Positions 24,489-38,098 of a stretch of DNA of 64,000 nucleotides are shown in pieces. Source of the DNA: Neoechinorhynchus agilis. Its lineage: Eukaryota > Animalia > Acanthocephala. Position numbers and translations under genes: made by a program. The stretch spans positions 3,693,761-3,757,760 of the forward strand of contig CM121341.1 of the NCBI GenBank assembly GCA_051530055.1, written 5' to 3'. The notes below the pieces were generated by a model, which saw only the letters and a program-made list of their open reading frames with translations, was not told the DNA's origin and ran no database searches. Positions within the stretch are counted from its first letter, which is position 1. Every line of letters starts with the position of its first letter.

Positions 24489-24594
24489 ACAATAATGATC
24501 AATTTCTTTACAATGTATTTGATTCTCGCGTCTAAATTTTTTTTTCATTTTTAAAAACTTCATGAATCAATCTTCATCTCTCGACAATTAACAC

Positions 24595-26100
24595 ACTCAC
24601 CACCTCCCGCCGAATTCCAGCTTTTGTCCTTCCTCGACCGTCGCCATCACGCTGGCAGCATTGCCCCGTTGTACTGCCAGCGAGATATTTTGTCGAAGGA
24701 ATACACCTGCTCTTTAGTCTCCGGTTGCCTCTCTCAATTTCTTCGAGAGATCCTGGAGCAGAGAGAGTGCCGAGCTGCCGAGCGCTCCATACGTCTCTAC
24801 CCCAAAGGGGACAAAATAGTGAGCCATGTTGCTGTGCGAACCTTGTACAATAATTTGGGGATGAAGAGCGCGTTCTTTATGAGAAACAAGGCTTCATGAG
24901 CTGAGAGAGCGCTCACCCTATCGCACAGCAACGAAAGTTTCGGTACGATATGACGGATCTCATCTTCCACATTTGAATCGAAGACGCAACTGCCCAGGAG
25001 GCTGAGTTGTTCCCGAGTCACGAGTTTCAGGCCTGGAGCTACGGCCTCGAACCCAGCCATTAGTTCTTTGACTTTGGTGGCGTCTCCAATATTCAGTACA
25101 AGGAGCTCACATTTTCCAGCATTGAGATCAATGCCCATCTTCGAGGTCTCCCTAATCAGCGTCTCCAAATCGCGCAGTACAACGGAGGGATCACCTCCGA
25201 GCGTAGCGTCATCCAAGTACCAAGCATTGAAGCTGGAATGGAGAGAATGCGCTATTGGATTTACTGTTAGGGAGAATGCGATTGGACCGAGGGGATCTCC
25301 TTGCTGCACTCCTCCTTTGGACCAAATGAGGTGGTCTTCGAAAAGCAAAGGAATCGCCGTCCCGTAGGCATTGAGAAAATACTGGAAGGCTTCTGGTGCG
25401 TGATCCATAACTGCGCAAAACATGCTTTCTCTATTAAGAGAGTTAAAAGCGTTCCGAAAATCACACTTAAGAATCACGCAGGGCTCTGAGCTTCTCGTAG
25501 CAAAGTTTCGGAGCGAGTGGACAATAGCTTCCGCCCCGCAGGATGTGCAGCAGCCCAGTTAGACTGGGTGAAGTTGTTGCCCGGTTTTCTCTGTGATATG
25601 TTTACAGGGAATTTTTCCTGCGAGTCGGCGTATCGTCGAAGATACGGCGATTGGACGGATCCCACCTTCTTTTTTTGTGAGCGCACACAATGAGGCTGCG
25701 AAAAATAGGTCCTTTGCAACGGGGTTCAGGTCCACTCCAGTCAGGCGGTCGACTATTCGAGAAAGCGCACTTCCTTGAGCGAGAGCTGCTTCACCAGCTG
25801 TAAAGGACATCATGTCCTTTGGGTGATGAGGCCTTAGTCCGTCAAGCCCGTGACCCGAACCATTTGCAAAAGATGAGATGGCCTTTTGTAACTCTGAAAT
25901 TTGAGTGGGCGTCCTGTCTTGTATGGGAGGAGATGAAATTTCAAAACTTTCGCTACTACGTGGGTGCTTCGACCGGAGTATTTGTAGCGTCTCGCTGTCT
26001 CCTTTTGTGAAACTGTCGGAGGATGACAATAACCTGGCATCGTTGACGGCGGTGAGCGATTTCAATAAAATAACCCATCCGCAAGTTTCAACATGATGTC
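24595..26100 (-). mobile_element. CRE-like non-LTR retrotransposon (RT + RLE type), 5'-truncated and internally deleted
   Basis: ORFs 25559-26065 and 24797-25477 contain LRSKHP, GLDGLRPHH, GGIRPIAV, KCDFRNAFNS, GVQQGDPLGP and AWYLDD. At ~24600-24735 the sequence jumps directly to the element 3' end also seen at 40745-40880. Confidence 0.9.
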
Positions 26101-26329
26101 GTTAGCGTAAGATTTCCGTCAAGTTCCTGTTTTATCTGTAGAGAGAAAAGGTGGTTTTTGACAGCATAAAGCGTGACTAGTGAATTTATCTTCATTGCTG
26201 GTTTACTGGCAATGTAGGTCTATCGAGAAGTTTCAAGATGAATATTTTTTGACCATACACGGCGCTGAATTATGGGCACACAGCCAATTGATTTCGATCA
26301 GGAAAGCGCTGGTCTTCGCTCAGTGCGCA

Positions 26330-27830
26330 TGACGATGCATCCAAGGAAACTCACTGATGAGTCCCGCATCCTCGAGAGGTATTTGAGAATCCTGAGAATG
26401 TACAAACTCATAACTGTACGTTCATGGGCATTGAGCGAAGACCAGCGCTTCCGTTAAAATTAAGCTCGAATTTACCAAGAAGATTACCCAGAGATCAAAG
26501 AAGAGCATCAATATAAATCTCGACCGATTGGAAGACTGGTTTCAGCCAAATTGAGCGTTGGGGATATTCGTGGAGCGGTGCGCATTCCGTCGTCTGAAGA
26601 ATCTTTCTGTCATGACATCCCTGAAACTCTAATTTTATTACAAGAGAGACATCCGCGCTCGGAAGGAAATATCGCCTTGCCTTTTAACTCAACAACTCCG
26701 CCGGATACGAATACTTTGTCCTCTATTGATGAGATGAAACGGAGCGTTTCCTCCTTTTCTAACGGATCCGGGCATGATTTAGATGGTCTGCGTCCTCAAC
26801 ACCTAAAGGACTTGATGTCCTTTACAGCCAGAACTGGAGCTATCTCTCTCGAAAATTCACTTATCAAACTTATCGATCGATTCACAATGGGCGGTCACAG
26901 TAAAGTTTGTCAGCAGCTCTTTTTCTCAGCTTCCTTGCTTTATCAAAAAATGATGGAGGTGTTCGACCCATTGCAATAGGCTGTGCACTTCGTAGACTTG
27001 CCGCTAAAGTTCTATGTAAACGAATCACAGACAAGGTAGGCGCACAACTTCGACTTGTACAACTTGGTTGCTGTACCTCGTGTGGTGCCGAGGCGATCGT
27101 TCATGCTCTTCGTAATTATATTGAAAATTCGACCTCGCCAAGTGTTGTGCTTAAACTCGACTTCAAAAACGCGTTCAACTCATTGAATCGACGTGCCCTC
27201 CTAAATAGGGTGATCGAAAACGTACCGGAAATTTTCCCGTACTTTCAAACAGCTTACGGCTCAAAGACGCCTCTAATATATGAGAATAATATAATATGGT
27301 CGGAGTCCGGAGTTCAACAAAGAGACCCCCTGGGCCCTATCGGTTTCTCAGTCGCAGTTAGTCACGTTGCTAAATCTTTAAAGTCTAAATTCAATGCTTG
27401 GTATCTTGACGACGCAACTTTAGGAGACTTTCCAGCAATAGTTCTGGACGATTTTAAAATACTCGTAGAAAAAACCAAAAACTGGGGTTGCAACTAAATT
27501 ACGTAAAGTGCCAAATTCTGCTGCAAAACATGAAGGGAAAAACGAGTCAATTATATTGGATGAGTTTTCATCGGTTGCACCAGGAATCCGCCAGACCTTA
27601 ATTATCTCATTGGCAGAATGATCCACTCTACGGCGTTGGATGGGCAAGAATTCTGGATGTACTGGTGTGTTCGAAGAGAAAACAGAATGTTCCCTGCATA
27701 ACTCCGACACCACTTTGGAGAGTCCAGCATCTTTAATCCAGGCGCCAGCCGCCTCTTCCAAGGGACGAAACTTTTCTTGGCTGCAATTCGCCACCATTGG
27801 GAGCAGTAGGGAGCCAAGGTACTAATCCAA
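26330..27830 (+). mobile_element. CRE-like non-LTR retrotransposon RT fragment, second subfamily, frameshifted and 3'-truncated
   Basis: Contains LSVGDIRGAVRI, QERHP, DGLRPQHLKD, GGVRPIAIG, KLDFKNAFNS, GVQQRDPLGP and AWYLDD. It lies head-to-head with the element at 24595-26100. Confidence 0.88.
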
Positions 27831-29210
27831 CGGAAATCACAAGCCAGCTGAAATCGAGTCCGGCATGGCCAATAAAGAGAAGACCAAAACTGAGCTGCCG
27901 TCTCATTACCCTCGGAACGAGCCACGAAAAGTTGTTTCCCATATAATTTCAGAAGACAGGGTTTAGTCGTTGCGAAATTGGACTTAGAGACGATTGTCAG
28001 GAACGCGTAACTTGCTTCCGCCAGGTGATCGTTTATTTCGTAATGAAATAATGATTGCCCGCTTTTTAGAAATATCATAGTAGCCAAATTAAAGAATTGA
28101 ATATAATGCGCATCTAATTTGAATTTCCTGCTCAGTAGGGTGTTTTTAGATAGGTTCCATAGAATCGCATCATTCCCACAAATCTTGAAAAAAGAGCTTT
28201 GTGAGGAAACTACTGGCCTCAGATGCAAGCCTTTCTTTGCAATGCATAAATCTAAGTATGAACTATCGCTGGCATGAGAGAAAGTTGGAAAAGGAGGGCA
28301 AATAACCTCGTAGTGATCTGTGGCACGCGAGACCGCTCGAATCCACTTCCCAGAGGGGTTATTAAAATCCCCGAATAAAAGATCAGCCCCCGAGAGCAAT
28401 AGCCCTTTCAGTACTTCTTTGTTATCTCTAAGGTGGATTTTCTTAGGTCGAACATATACATTTGCTACTAATATTTTTACACCATCGTGTACTAATGATA
28501 ACAGGGCGTAAGATAGATCCGAACTAATGAAGTTACTGATAATAACCGGAAAGAGATTGGTTCTGAAGATTGACAAAAGGCCCTGGGAAAGCAGCTTGGA
28601 TGGAGGAGTAATGGATGTGGGGAAATTCGAGCCGAGCTGAGCGATAGATTCGGGCAAATCGAACGAGCGATAGACGCATTTGGCTTATTGAATGAAGATT
28701 ATCTCGGCATTATGGGCTACGGGGGCTATATTGAGCAAACCAGCGCGACCGCCTGCGTTCCACTGCACCAACCTTAGTTCTGTCATAAGACAGCTCTCCA
28801 CCTTTTGATTAAGTCCGAGATACCCTCGGCGCAAATTTTTCCCTGATCATCGATTATTTGTCGCACGAAGATATCGTCATCGTTCATGTCGACTACTTCG
28901 ATTAAAACAACAGATTCGGACGATTGATCCAGAGGTCTTTTGGCAACTGAAGGTGTACCTTCGATCGATGCTTGATTCATTCGATTAAAGCTCTGTTGAA
29001 TGGTTGAGCTGAGGAGACTCAAATGCTTTTCAATGCGTGTTTCCAAATTGCGGATGGCAGTTGCAATTCTCCGATCAACCATCTTTAGTAGATTCACCGA
29101 GAAATCATTCGGAATCCGGTCGAGGTTTGGAGAACTATGGCCGATCGTTGTGTCTGAGTGATTGGTCGGAGGATGAAGGACAAAACTTGTAGGTGACCTC
29201 AATGGCCAAT
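27800..29210 (-). mobile_element. APE-endonuclease LINE fragment (ORF1-like remnant 28783-29202 plus ORF2 endonuclease)
   Basis: ILVANVYVRP, LLFGDFNN and FPTFSH..SSYLDL are APE endonuclease motifs. No RT is retained. Confidence 0.75.
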
Positions 29211-30101
29211 TAGTGGATATGGATTTCTAGAAGAGCTTTTAAACTTGGACTCTGCTCTCATGATACCAAAAGCATTTGGAACTCTTGGGCAATCTCGGGC
29301 CTAGTTTTTTACTCTATAAGGGGACCCCGAATAACGATTAAAGTACATTATCACTTTCCTAGAGGCTCTGGGCAAACTCCCTTACTCCTGGAAACAAGCG
29401 CTTAAATGGACAGCGATGATATAACTTTATTACTATCGAATTATAATTATTCCTACACAAATTATGTCGGTTAATCATCCAATGTCTTCCTTCGAATAAA
29501 TCTTGAGCCTCGTGTTAGGATAATTCATCAATTCGTTCACACAGCACCGAAACTTGCAGTTGAAGATTGGCAATCTCTTTTTCCACATTTGAGTCAAAAA
29601 TAGAGCTTCCTAGAAGATGTAACAGGCGTAGAGTGATCTCGCAGAATTCAGTTCAATGTCAATTTTCGTAACTAAGTATTCAAGCTATTGCAATTATAAA
29701 TTTTATTAGCAACGTTAGACGTCTAAAATCCAATTCGTTAGGACGCAACGTAGTGACCAAAGTTTAAGTTTTGATAAAATCCGATTTAAATCGGTTATAG
29801 AATTTGCTAGTTAGAAATCTCGTAGACTACTGGGATTTGGAATTAACTTTATTTCTCGTGAAAAATACTGAAGCCAATCCCCTGCACATATCTTTTGCTT
29901 TTTTAATTAAAACAGCGCTTTAGAAAGGCCAACTAATTCTTTGGGTTCACTCGAATACGGACGTTTGCTGATAAATACCGTGATTTGCCGGAAAGCAAAT
30001 CGAGTTGTTTACAAAACATTTCAATGTTACGCTCTAATTATTTGTTTATGTTCCGCCAATTTTCCCGATTGATGGGTTCTTAGACTCACAATCTCTCGCC
30101 G

Positions 30102-30732
30102 ATGCATTTTTGTAATCCTTATTTGGTGCTATATCCGCCTTCAATGACAAACGTTACGATGCTGGAGGTCCTTACTCATCCGAGATCATACTTCCATCCT
30201 TGTGATCAACAATATTCATTTCAAGCGATGCCACAATTTAATTACAAAATCCAAGCGAATCAGCAAAACAATTTTGAGCCAAGAGTCTTCAATGGGTTCG
30301 TGAATTCCAGTCTCATTGGACTTTGTTTGCAGTTTTATAAGGGTGTATTCGTCGATCTTTTGAAAAAGGAGGAACTTTGCATGCATTATCTCCTTGAAGT
30401 TGCTCACAATTCTCGAATACTCGGTACGGCGGAAGGTAATAAAAATGCCGATATTATTACAAAATACATTAATGACTACTGCGATCGGATCGCAAATCGC
30501 TTTAACGAAAATAATGACGAGAATCCAAGATGAAAAAAGCACCACAGTAGAAGACGCAATAGACAAGGACGGTCGACCGAGAGTGGAAATTGAACGTAAT
30601 ACAGTAATCGATAGGCGTGATAGTTTCATAATTTTTTCTAAAATAAAGCATAGTCGCAATTTGAGTTTGTATGGCGGTACCATGTTAAAACATTTAATTC
30701 GCAGACGACTCTCGGATCCTCGAATCAAGTAA
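30102..30732 (+). other. Unknown ~210-codon reading frame split by one frameshift near an A-run (ORFs 30102-30533 and distal part of 30394-30732)
   Basis: Long open frames in TE-rich context with no motif recognised. Confidence 0.25.
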
Positions 30733-31234
30733 GCATTGCACATGAGTATCTCGGTTCATCAAGTAAGATAAAAATTGAAATCGGTAAACGTTAACTAGGA
30801 AAAATGACACATACAAAAATCAAAGGTTAATATATCATCCGCCAATTTCCTGTTCATGACTGTTGTGCCGATGACTAGGCGAATCGTGCTCGCTACTTTA
30901 TCGTCGTCAAAGTTAAAAAGTGCAACCCTTTTCGTTGTTTTTAAGAGAATTGTATCGACTTTAATGACACTTACGACTAATCGATCACTTTTTGTCTCGT
31001 TTATGATGTCGGATCTTTTTTGATTTCCTTATTGTTCCAAACAGTTTAGGCTTTCGCTTTAAAACTCGTTTGTCGTTTTTACTCAGTGCATCAATTGCTC
31101 TCAATGCATCCTTCGTACTTCTCATTTGAACAATTCTTCTAATATGTTTAAACAACACAACTTCCCGATGGCTCGGTGCGTTTTCGTTTGCTTTACATGT
31201 AACCATATCACGACTACTAAGAATAACTGTCACC

Positions 31235-32303
31235 GACAGATTGCACAGCGGGCATCCTGGACGGGAGGCGATGATAGCACTTGGACGATATTATGCATAT
31301 TGGCCGAAAATGGAGGATGCTATCAAAAGCAAGATAGGAACTTGTTCGATGTGTCAAGCGAATCGACCGAATAAGGTCGAAACGCTACTATTAAGTCGGG
31401 ATTGGCCAACGAATCCATGGAAGCGTGTACACGTGGACCTCGCTGGCCCCGTCAACGGTATAGTATGCCTTGTACTAATAGACGCTTGCACCAAATGGCC
31501 GGAGGTATCGAATGTCTACGGAGTTGTTTTAGCAGATTCGGAGTGCCTCGGTCCATAGTGTCGAACAATGGACCCCAATTCAGAAGATTTCAGAAAGTTT
31601 TGTCAAGAGCGTCAGATAAGACACATTCGTGCGAGCCCCTACCATCCTAGAACTTACGACCTTGTCGAGCGACATTGAAACGACGGACGCGCAAATTGGG
31701 GGAAGGAATGTCGAAGGAGAGTATAGATGCTTTCCTGATGGCTTACCGGAATACGCCTCATGCTACAACCGGAATAGCAAATGCCACAATGATGCTTGGT
31801 CGAAGATTGAACACTATCTTCGATAACATCAAGCCCAACACCGAATGCGAGTGATCGGAAGAGATCAGAAAAGAAGATGAGCACGTTCGACGACCAACCG
31901 ATTCAGTTCAAAGAGGATAAAGCAAGCCCGTGAGGGTCGGGAAAATTAGTCGCGATAAACGTGGGACGATAATGGCCGGGAGCGACGGTGCAATACGGAT
32001 TTCATAAGAGAAAAATAATCCAGTTCGGCAGAGGAGAACGAAAAAGTGACACACAAAGACCTGGATTCGAATCAGAAGTCACACTACCAGACAGCCCAAT
32101 GGAACACATCGAAGATGAATCGGTCCCACCACGACGAAGTACACGGACCAGGCGTCGACCTGTTCTACCATACGATTCGTACTTGAGAAAGGGAGAAATG
32201 TGATGGTAGTAATCGATCGGTGACGTGCGTGTGAGTGTCCATTGGTGTGCGTGATACGCGTAGCCGAGTTGGTTTTTGGTTTTCGGCAATAAAAACATTA
32301 TCA
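31235..32303 (+). mobile_element. Ty3/gypsy LTR retrotransposon 3' part: integrase, PPT and short 3' LTR (32199-32303)
   Basis: Integrase motifs LHSGHPG..YWP..C..C (HHCC), PWKRVHVDLAGP, IDACTKWPEV and RFGVPRSIVSNNGPQF. Polypurine tract GAAAGGGAGAAA is followed by a TG...CA segment containing AATAAA. Confidence 0.88.
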
Positions 32304-32639
32304 GTTAATGGAGACTCCGATATCATCCGAGACCCCGGTAGCAGTGGCAAAAACTGAAAAGGAGATCGAGTCTCACTTCTCTGATCCAGGGCACGAAACA
32401 CTGTCGGTGTTGCACTACTCACGCAATAGCTGTCGTTTTTGTGGCGAGAAGATTCACCCGCAATGCAGACCATTAATCGGAAAACGACGTTTCCAATGAT
32501 TTCAAAATATTTCTTTTTACATTGATTATTAGAATCAACTCAATATAAAGAAAATAACTCATAAACTAACAGTATGCCTGTATTAATAATAATAATAAAA
32601 TATTACTCACGTGCATTGCGACGCTTCCGTTCGTATTCG

Positions 32640-35600
32640 GTACGATGGTAAATCGAATCAACCATCAGCCTCATATATTTCGCGTAATTTTTTTGTCAAA
32701 AAGTTGTGCTCCGAACAATGATCAAAATGATCAAGATTCGATTGATCCATGGGCTCCGGATGACTATGGAGGGGGAAAGATGGATGTGGATTATAAGGTT
32801 AGCGATGGGGAAGGTAATTTGGAGGTTATGTTGAAGGATAGCGTCATGAAGGAGGTTGTTTTGGAGAGTAGTGGGCTGTCGGCCCCCATCACGGTGAATG
32901 TTCTGATTCAGTGTTTAGAGGTGTTTTTCGGTTGCCGAGAAGGAGAGATGATTTTGTGTTAAAAATTAATAAAGAGGATTTAGGAGATTTAAGGGCAAGT
33001 GATTTAACGAAGATATATTTTTCGGAAGGTTTAAAACCTAATAACTTTAGTGGTGACAGAAGATATCCGATTAAAAAATGTTTTAGGTCCAAGTGGGCGG
33101 TGCTAATGATTTTCTTGGAAGTTGAAGGAATGAAACTATTTGAGGAGCTTCTTCGTAGTAAAAATATTAGGTATAAAAATATATCAAGGAAAGTGTCAGT
33201 TTTGGTGCTAAACCCTCTGCCAAACATGTCGAAAGATGAGTTTACATTATTCCAAAACACTTTTGGTATTGTGCCAATTAAATATTTGAAAAGGAGTCCT
33301 TCTTCGGAGCCTTATGCTTTACTTGTATCGGGCTCGCAGGATGAGGTAGACAAGGTCCAGGAAAGATATTTTGGGTCTATGGCATATTGGATTAATTTCG
33401 TATCCCGCCAGTCGGAGTCGATTTATGATAACGTTTTAACTCAATGCACAAATTGCTGCAGATGGGGGCATACAAGTTTCCAATGTGCCAGTCAGGCTAA
33501 ATGTATGAGATGTGGTGGCCCTCACAACACAATTAATTGCAGTACTTTGGGTTCAGTTAAATGTGCAAGTTGTTTAGGAAATCATGAGGCATATAGGCGT
33601 ACATGTACGGCAACGGTTAGTTACTGGAAAATGGCGAAGCCAGGTGATTATAATAGTTGGTTTAAACGGAAGGTGGAAAAGGTGGATGGTAGTAATATGG
33701 GGGAAAATGGTCCTCAAGGAGAGGATAAGGTTAGGAGAAATAGTTTTCAGGTAGAAGATGAGGTTAAGGAGGAGTTAGAAATACTTAAAGAGATGGTGGA
33801 TAATTTAAATAAAAAACTCGAGGAGAAGGATAAAATAATTTGTGATTTATTAAATATGGTTGCTTTGGTCAAGAAGACGGAAAATAGTAAGGAGGTGGAT
33901 GAGAGAAATTGATGATGGGTAAGAGGTGTGCATCAGGTGAAAAAGAGGATGAACCTGATAATAAGGAGGATGGGTTGTCATCGCATGGCCCGATTAGAAA
34001 GATGGGCAGGCATATTAATGGTCCGCATAAAGGCCGTTTTCGCTAAATATTTTAAAATGTTTAATGTTAATTTACTTACTTTTATGACGAATAATTTTAT
34101 ATTAATTTCTTATAATGTATCTATAGCCTTGGTTTTGTCAGAGAATATTTGTTTAGCGGGTCGACTAGATGATGCGGACGTTATTTACTTTCAAGAAACG
34201 GGAAATATGAATCTTGTTAATAGAGGTGGTATGATATCATTTACATTAATGCCCAGTGGAGGTGGAGTAATCCATAATAATATTGGTTTCTCAGTTGGAC
34301 TACAGTCTTATGTTCATAAGAGATTTAGTCCCGAGCTATTATTTCAGGTAAAGCACGTGTATTTTGCGGTCCAATTAATAGAGATTGAGGGGATGGGTGA
34401 TTCATATCGTTTGAGTGGTAGATGGATTATGGCTAATTTGTATATTGCGCCAAGAAGACTTACATGGTTTAAGAATACCAGAGAAGAGTGGTTCAAGACA
34501 TGGGATTCCGACATTATTGTTGGTGACTTAAACTCCAACGGGTTGAGTGCCTTCTCACATTGGGAAGAAGAGTACATTTTTCACCTCACTCCTTTCCCAT
34601 CATTTCATAATTTTACAAAATCTGTACATTCTTTTTTGGACGTTTTTATATGTAAACAAAGAGTTAAATATTCATGTGAGAGTGTTAGGGCAGTTTCTTG
34701 AACAACTTAGGATAGGATACGATTTGATTATATTTCAGTTGGGAATTATGGATCTTAAATCAAGAGTCGTTTGGAATGTTTCGATCAGGTTAGTTAATTT
34801 TAACAATTGCTAGCGGGCTGATATTTGCAAATTTTCGACTGTAAAATTGGAAAATTTAAATAAGATGATATCTGTAGCATGTTCAAGAAATTTAGTGATT
34901 TTTTCACATATAAGGCGGCATAGACCGTCGAAAACGGCGCGGTCATTTTATCGTAGTGCAAGAATTTGAAGGTTTGCGGGGCCGGTGGATGATTCGATTT
35001 TACAAAGAAATATTTATTGAAAGTACTAGGAGAAGTAGACTAAGAATAAGTGAGACTAGAGACTTTTCTAAGAATTTCTGGAGTGTTATTCTGAATAGAA
35101 AGCGAACGGACTAAAAGCCTCAGATTGGATTGGGTCAGTCTCGTATCCAATAGTTGTGGAGCAAATTCTATTGAATCATATATTTGATATATCCTTAAAA
35201 CCTACTTTTATTCCTTCGGATAATTTCTCTCCCAGATGGAATTGTGAAATTAAGAAGTTTTTAGTTTTTTGGAAGGCGTCTTCGAAAGCATCAAACGAGT
35301 TGTCGGTATCACCGAAGATTTTCGATTTAGTTTGTCAAGATGTAAAGATTGAGATATTGAAGCGTATTTCAAATCGTGTAACTTTTGAGGACTTATGCAA
35401 GATTAATATAGTGAGGAAGGCCATCATACCTAAAGTTAAAGGAAAGATTAAATCTCCGAGTGACATTAGGTTTATATCGATTCAAAACCACATCATTTTT
35501 CTTATGGAGAAAGTAATAAACGATGAATTAATGGGGATTCTCAGTAGAAGGGATCTTATTCCGAAATGTTTTCATGGTTTTGTACCGGGAAAGGGAGTGG

Positions 35601-36260
35601 GAACACTAATTAATGAGTTATGTATTTTACAGAAATCGGTGGCTAAGGTTAATAAGGTTTTATTACAGGTTGATGTTAATAAGGCGTTCGACACTATTAG
35701 CAGGAATTTTATATATAAGACTTTTTTAGGCTTGAAGCTCCCCAAGAAGCTTCTTGGTCGTATTCAGTTTTTAATGGAATCAAAGGCATATTTTTTAGAG
35801 GTTGATCCGTTGAAAAGTCTTTTTTATTCTAAGTTAGGGGTTCCGCAGGGTTCACCGTCGTCCCCGACATTATTTTTAATTGGCATGATTGGTATTATTA
35901 GGAAATTGAAGAAGTTATCCAAAGTAAGCATTTTATTCTACGCCGATGATATTTTATTTTTTATTTTTCATAAGAAGAAGGAAGTTTTATGCTGCATAGT
36001 GGATTCGGTACTATATAAACTTGACAAGTGCTTAGAGGATGCGAATTTAAGCACCAATAGAAGGAAAACAACGCTTGTCCCTTTGACTGATTCCAATGTG
36101 GCTCATAAGCAGTTATATGCTAATTTTTTAGAGGATCCGCGCACTCAAATGATGAAGGTTTCAAGATGTTCTAGAGTGCTTGGGATAAACTTTCCTTCTA
36201 CTAGAAGAAGAGTTGTCTTGAACTCGGAGAAAGACAACCGGATGAGCCACTCATAAAGAT
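32640..36260 (+). mobile_element. Near-full-length divergent LINE (I/Jockey/Tad1/R1-type architecture): ORF1 32911-33912, APE ~34080-34701, RT 35156-36256; ORF2 disrupted
   Basis: ORF1 has three knuckles: CX2CX4HX4C, CX2CX3HX4C and CX2CX3HX6C. APE motifs are DVIYFQET, ANLY, VGDLNS and SFLDV. RT motifs are IRFISI, GFVPG, DVNKAFD, GVPQGSPSSPTLF and YADD. Confidence 0.9.
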
Positions 36261-36339
36261 CTTAAAATCTAAGAGCTTATAGTGCTGAGGTGGTCAAGTG
36301 GACTAATGCTCCTGATCCCAGTTTGGGTAAAAGGATTCA

Positions 36340-36480
36340 TAATCCACGACCGCTGATGACACTCACAACGAAAGGGGACGCGCCTCCTCGAGAGCTATTT
36401 GAGAATCCTGAGAGATGCGTTCCCGGACCAAAATCAATTTTCTATGTGCCCATAATTCAGCGCCGTGTATGGTCAAAAAA
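36340..36480 (+). mobile_element. Short CRE-like N-terminal remnant
   Basis: Shares CCTCGAGAG.TATTTGAGAATCCTGAGA with 26370-26397 (LLESYLRILR vs ILERYLRILR). Confidence 0.45.
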
Positions 36481-37739
36481 ATATTCATATTAAAACTCTT
36501 CGAGCCTCAGGCGATAATTTTGACACTACCATTTGCCAAATTTATTCGAAGGCTACTAGATAAAATTCAATAAAAAATCAGAAAGTCAAAAATTTCAAAA
36601 GAACGGAGAAAAAGAAAATAGATCCAATGGAGATTTATGTGTTCTGTCAATAATATGGATCTCGCGACTGGAGTCTGAATAAATTTCGAAATGGTTTCAT
36701 GCAGAACATGGCTTGTCTTCCTAAAAGAAACAATTTCCTCGCTCAACGAATCGCAATTGCGATACAGCGATGGCAACGTCAAGCAGTTCACAGGAATAAA
36801 TTGTAATCGTTGTAAATATAATATATTCTGAATGCCGATTGCATCTTTGTCATCAAATACCTTCCAGGAACACTCAATCGGGCTAGGTCGAATGGGTCGT
36901 CTCCTCTTTTAATTTGAGGTAAAAAGTTCTCGTTTTTTAAGTTTCGTTGTTTCCTGTCGCATGGTGAATTTCAAGAAGTCATGAAACATTGGATGAGATA
37001 GACGATGTCGGCGGACATCAAATCTAGAGGATATCCTATTTGGATATCGAACTAAAACTGCTAATTTCGAACCAAATGACCGTGCTGAGATTCAAAACTT
37101 CCTAACGAGATGTCGACGTAAACAAATAAAGTAAACAGAAACAAATTTGGCAGTCAATCGGTTAGACGGAGATATGAAAATTTGTCACTGAAACTGTACA
37201 CAAACTACCGGGGCTTAGATCTCCCAAAAAGAAAATATTGAACACTTGAACAACTACCAATACTTCCCTGATCAAAAATATTGAGCCTTAAACGAAAAAG
37301 CAGAGTAAAAGAATAAATCAATCGAGGTATTCTGTACACTTTCTGCTGAAGAACACGAGCGGTTCATTGATTTGAAATGCAGATATCCTGCAGTCAGTTT
37401 AAAAGCAATCAAAATAATTCTTCTTCAATTTGCATCTTCATGGGTTTGTGAGTTTGCTGACTGAAATCAAGTCTAGGAAAAAAGAGGGACTTCTTTAGAG
37501 CCTCAATTATTTCGCATTTGTTCTAGAAAACAACTGAATGTCAAAATTAAAAGAAAGTAAAATAATTTTCCATTTTGTTGTAAAAAACAAATGTTCTTCT
37601 TCTCGGTGGATTATTTTCAGTTTTTTACAATGTCAGCAGAAAAAAAAGGATGAGAAAAACTAAACTAAATCAATCATCAGGGTGGAGAAGATCTCAAAAA
37701 AATCCTAAAATATGACTGCATCAAACACTTGCTTTTTTG

Positions 37740-38098
37740 TTATTTAGAAATTAAAAAATCCAGAAAATTATAAGGAATTTTTTGATCAAAAGAAATCAAG
37801 CAAACTACAATTCGACTTAAATCGCATTCACGAGACCAGCAATTTACTTACCAACTTCACCCTTTAGTTCAGGATTTTGCAGAATATCTTGTAAATCCAT
37901 ATTTTTAACAAATTCTTCCAAAATCAAACGCTGCTCAGTATAAGCGCTCTTTAGGGCTTTAGCACTTTTCTCAAACATTTGAAGCGAACTTTGAAGCTTA
38001 TTTTCCATATTTGTCATGGTCATCGTCACACGTTTAAAGGTATCATCAAGCAAAGAATCGAGCCGAACCAATGAATCCTTCATTATTTCTTCTGACAT
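37740..38098 (-). CDS. Small two-exon coiled-coil protein (~104 aa); exons 38098-37852 and 37804-37740
   Basis: Heptad-like helical ORF. A GTAAGT donor and TTGTAG acceptor define a 47-nt intron typical of this genome, and the frame continues as VCLISFDQKIPYNFLDFLISK*. Confidence 0.55.

Noticed and set aside
26345-26380. CTGATGAGTCC hammerhead-like start
   Set aside because: No stem II partner or downstream GAAA, and it lies in a CRE-like coding remnant.
36350-36395. CTGATGA...GAAA with a possible stem III
   Set aside because: Stem II and stem I cannot form.
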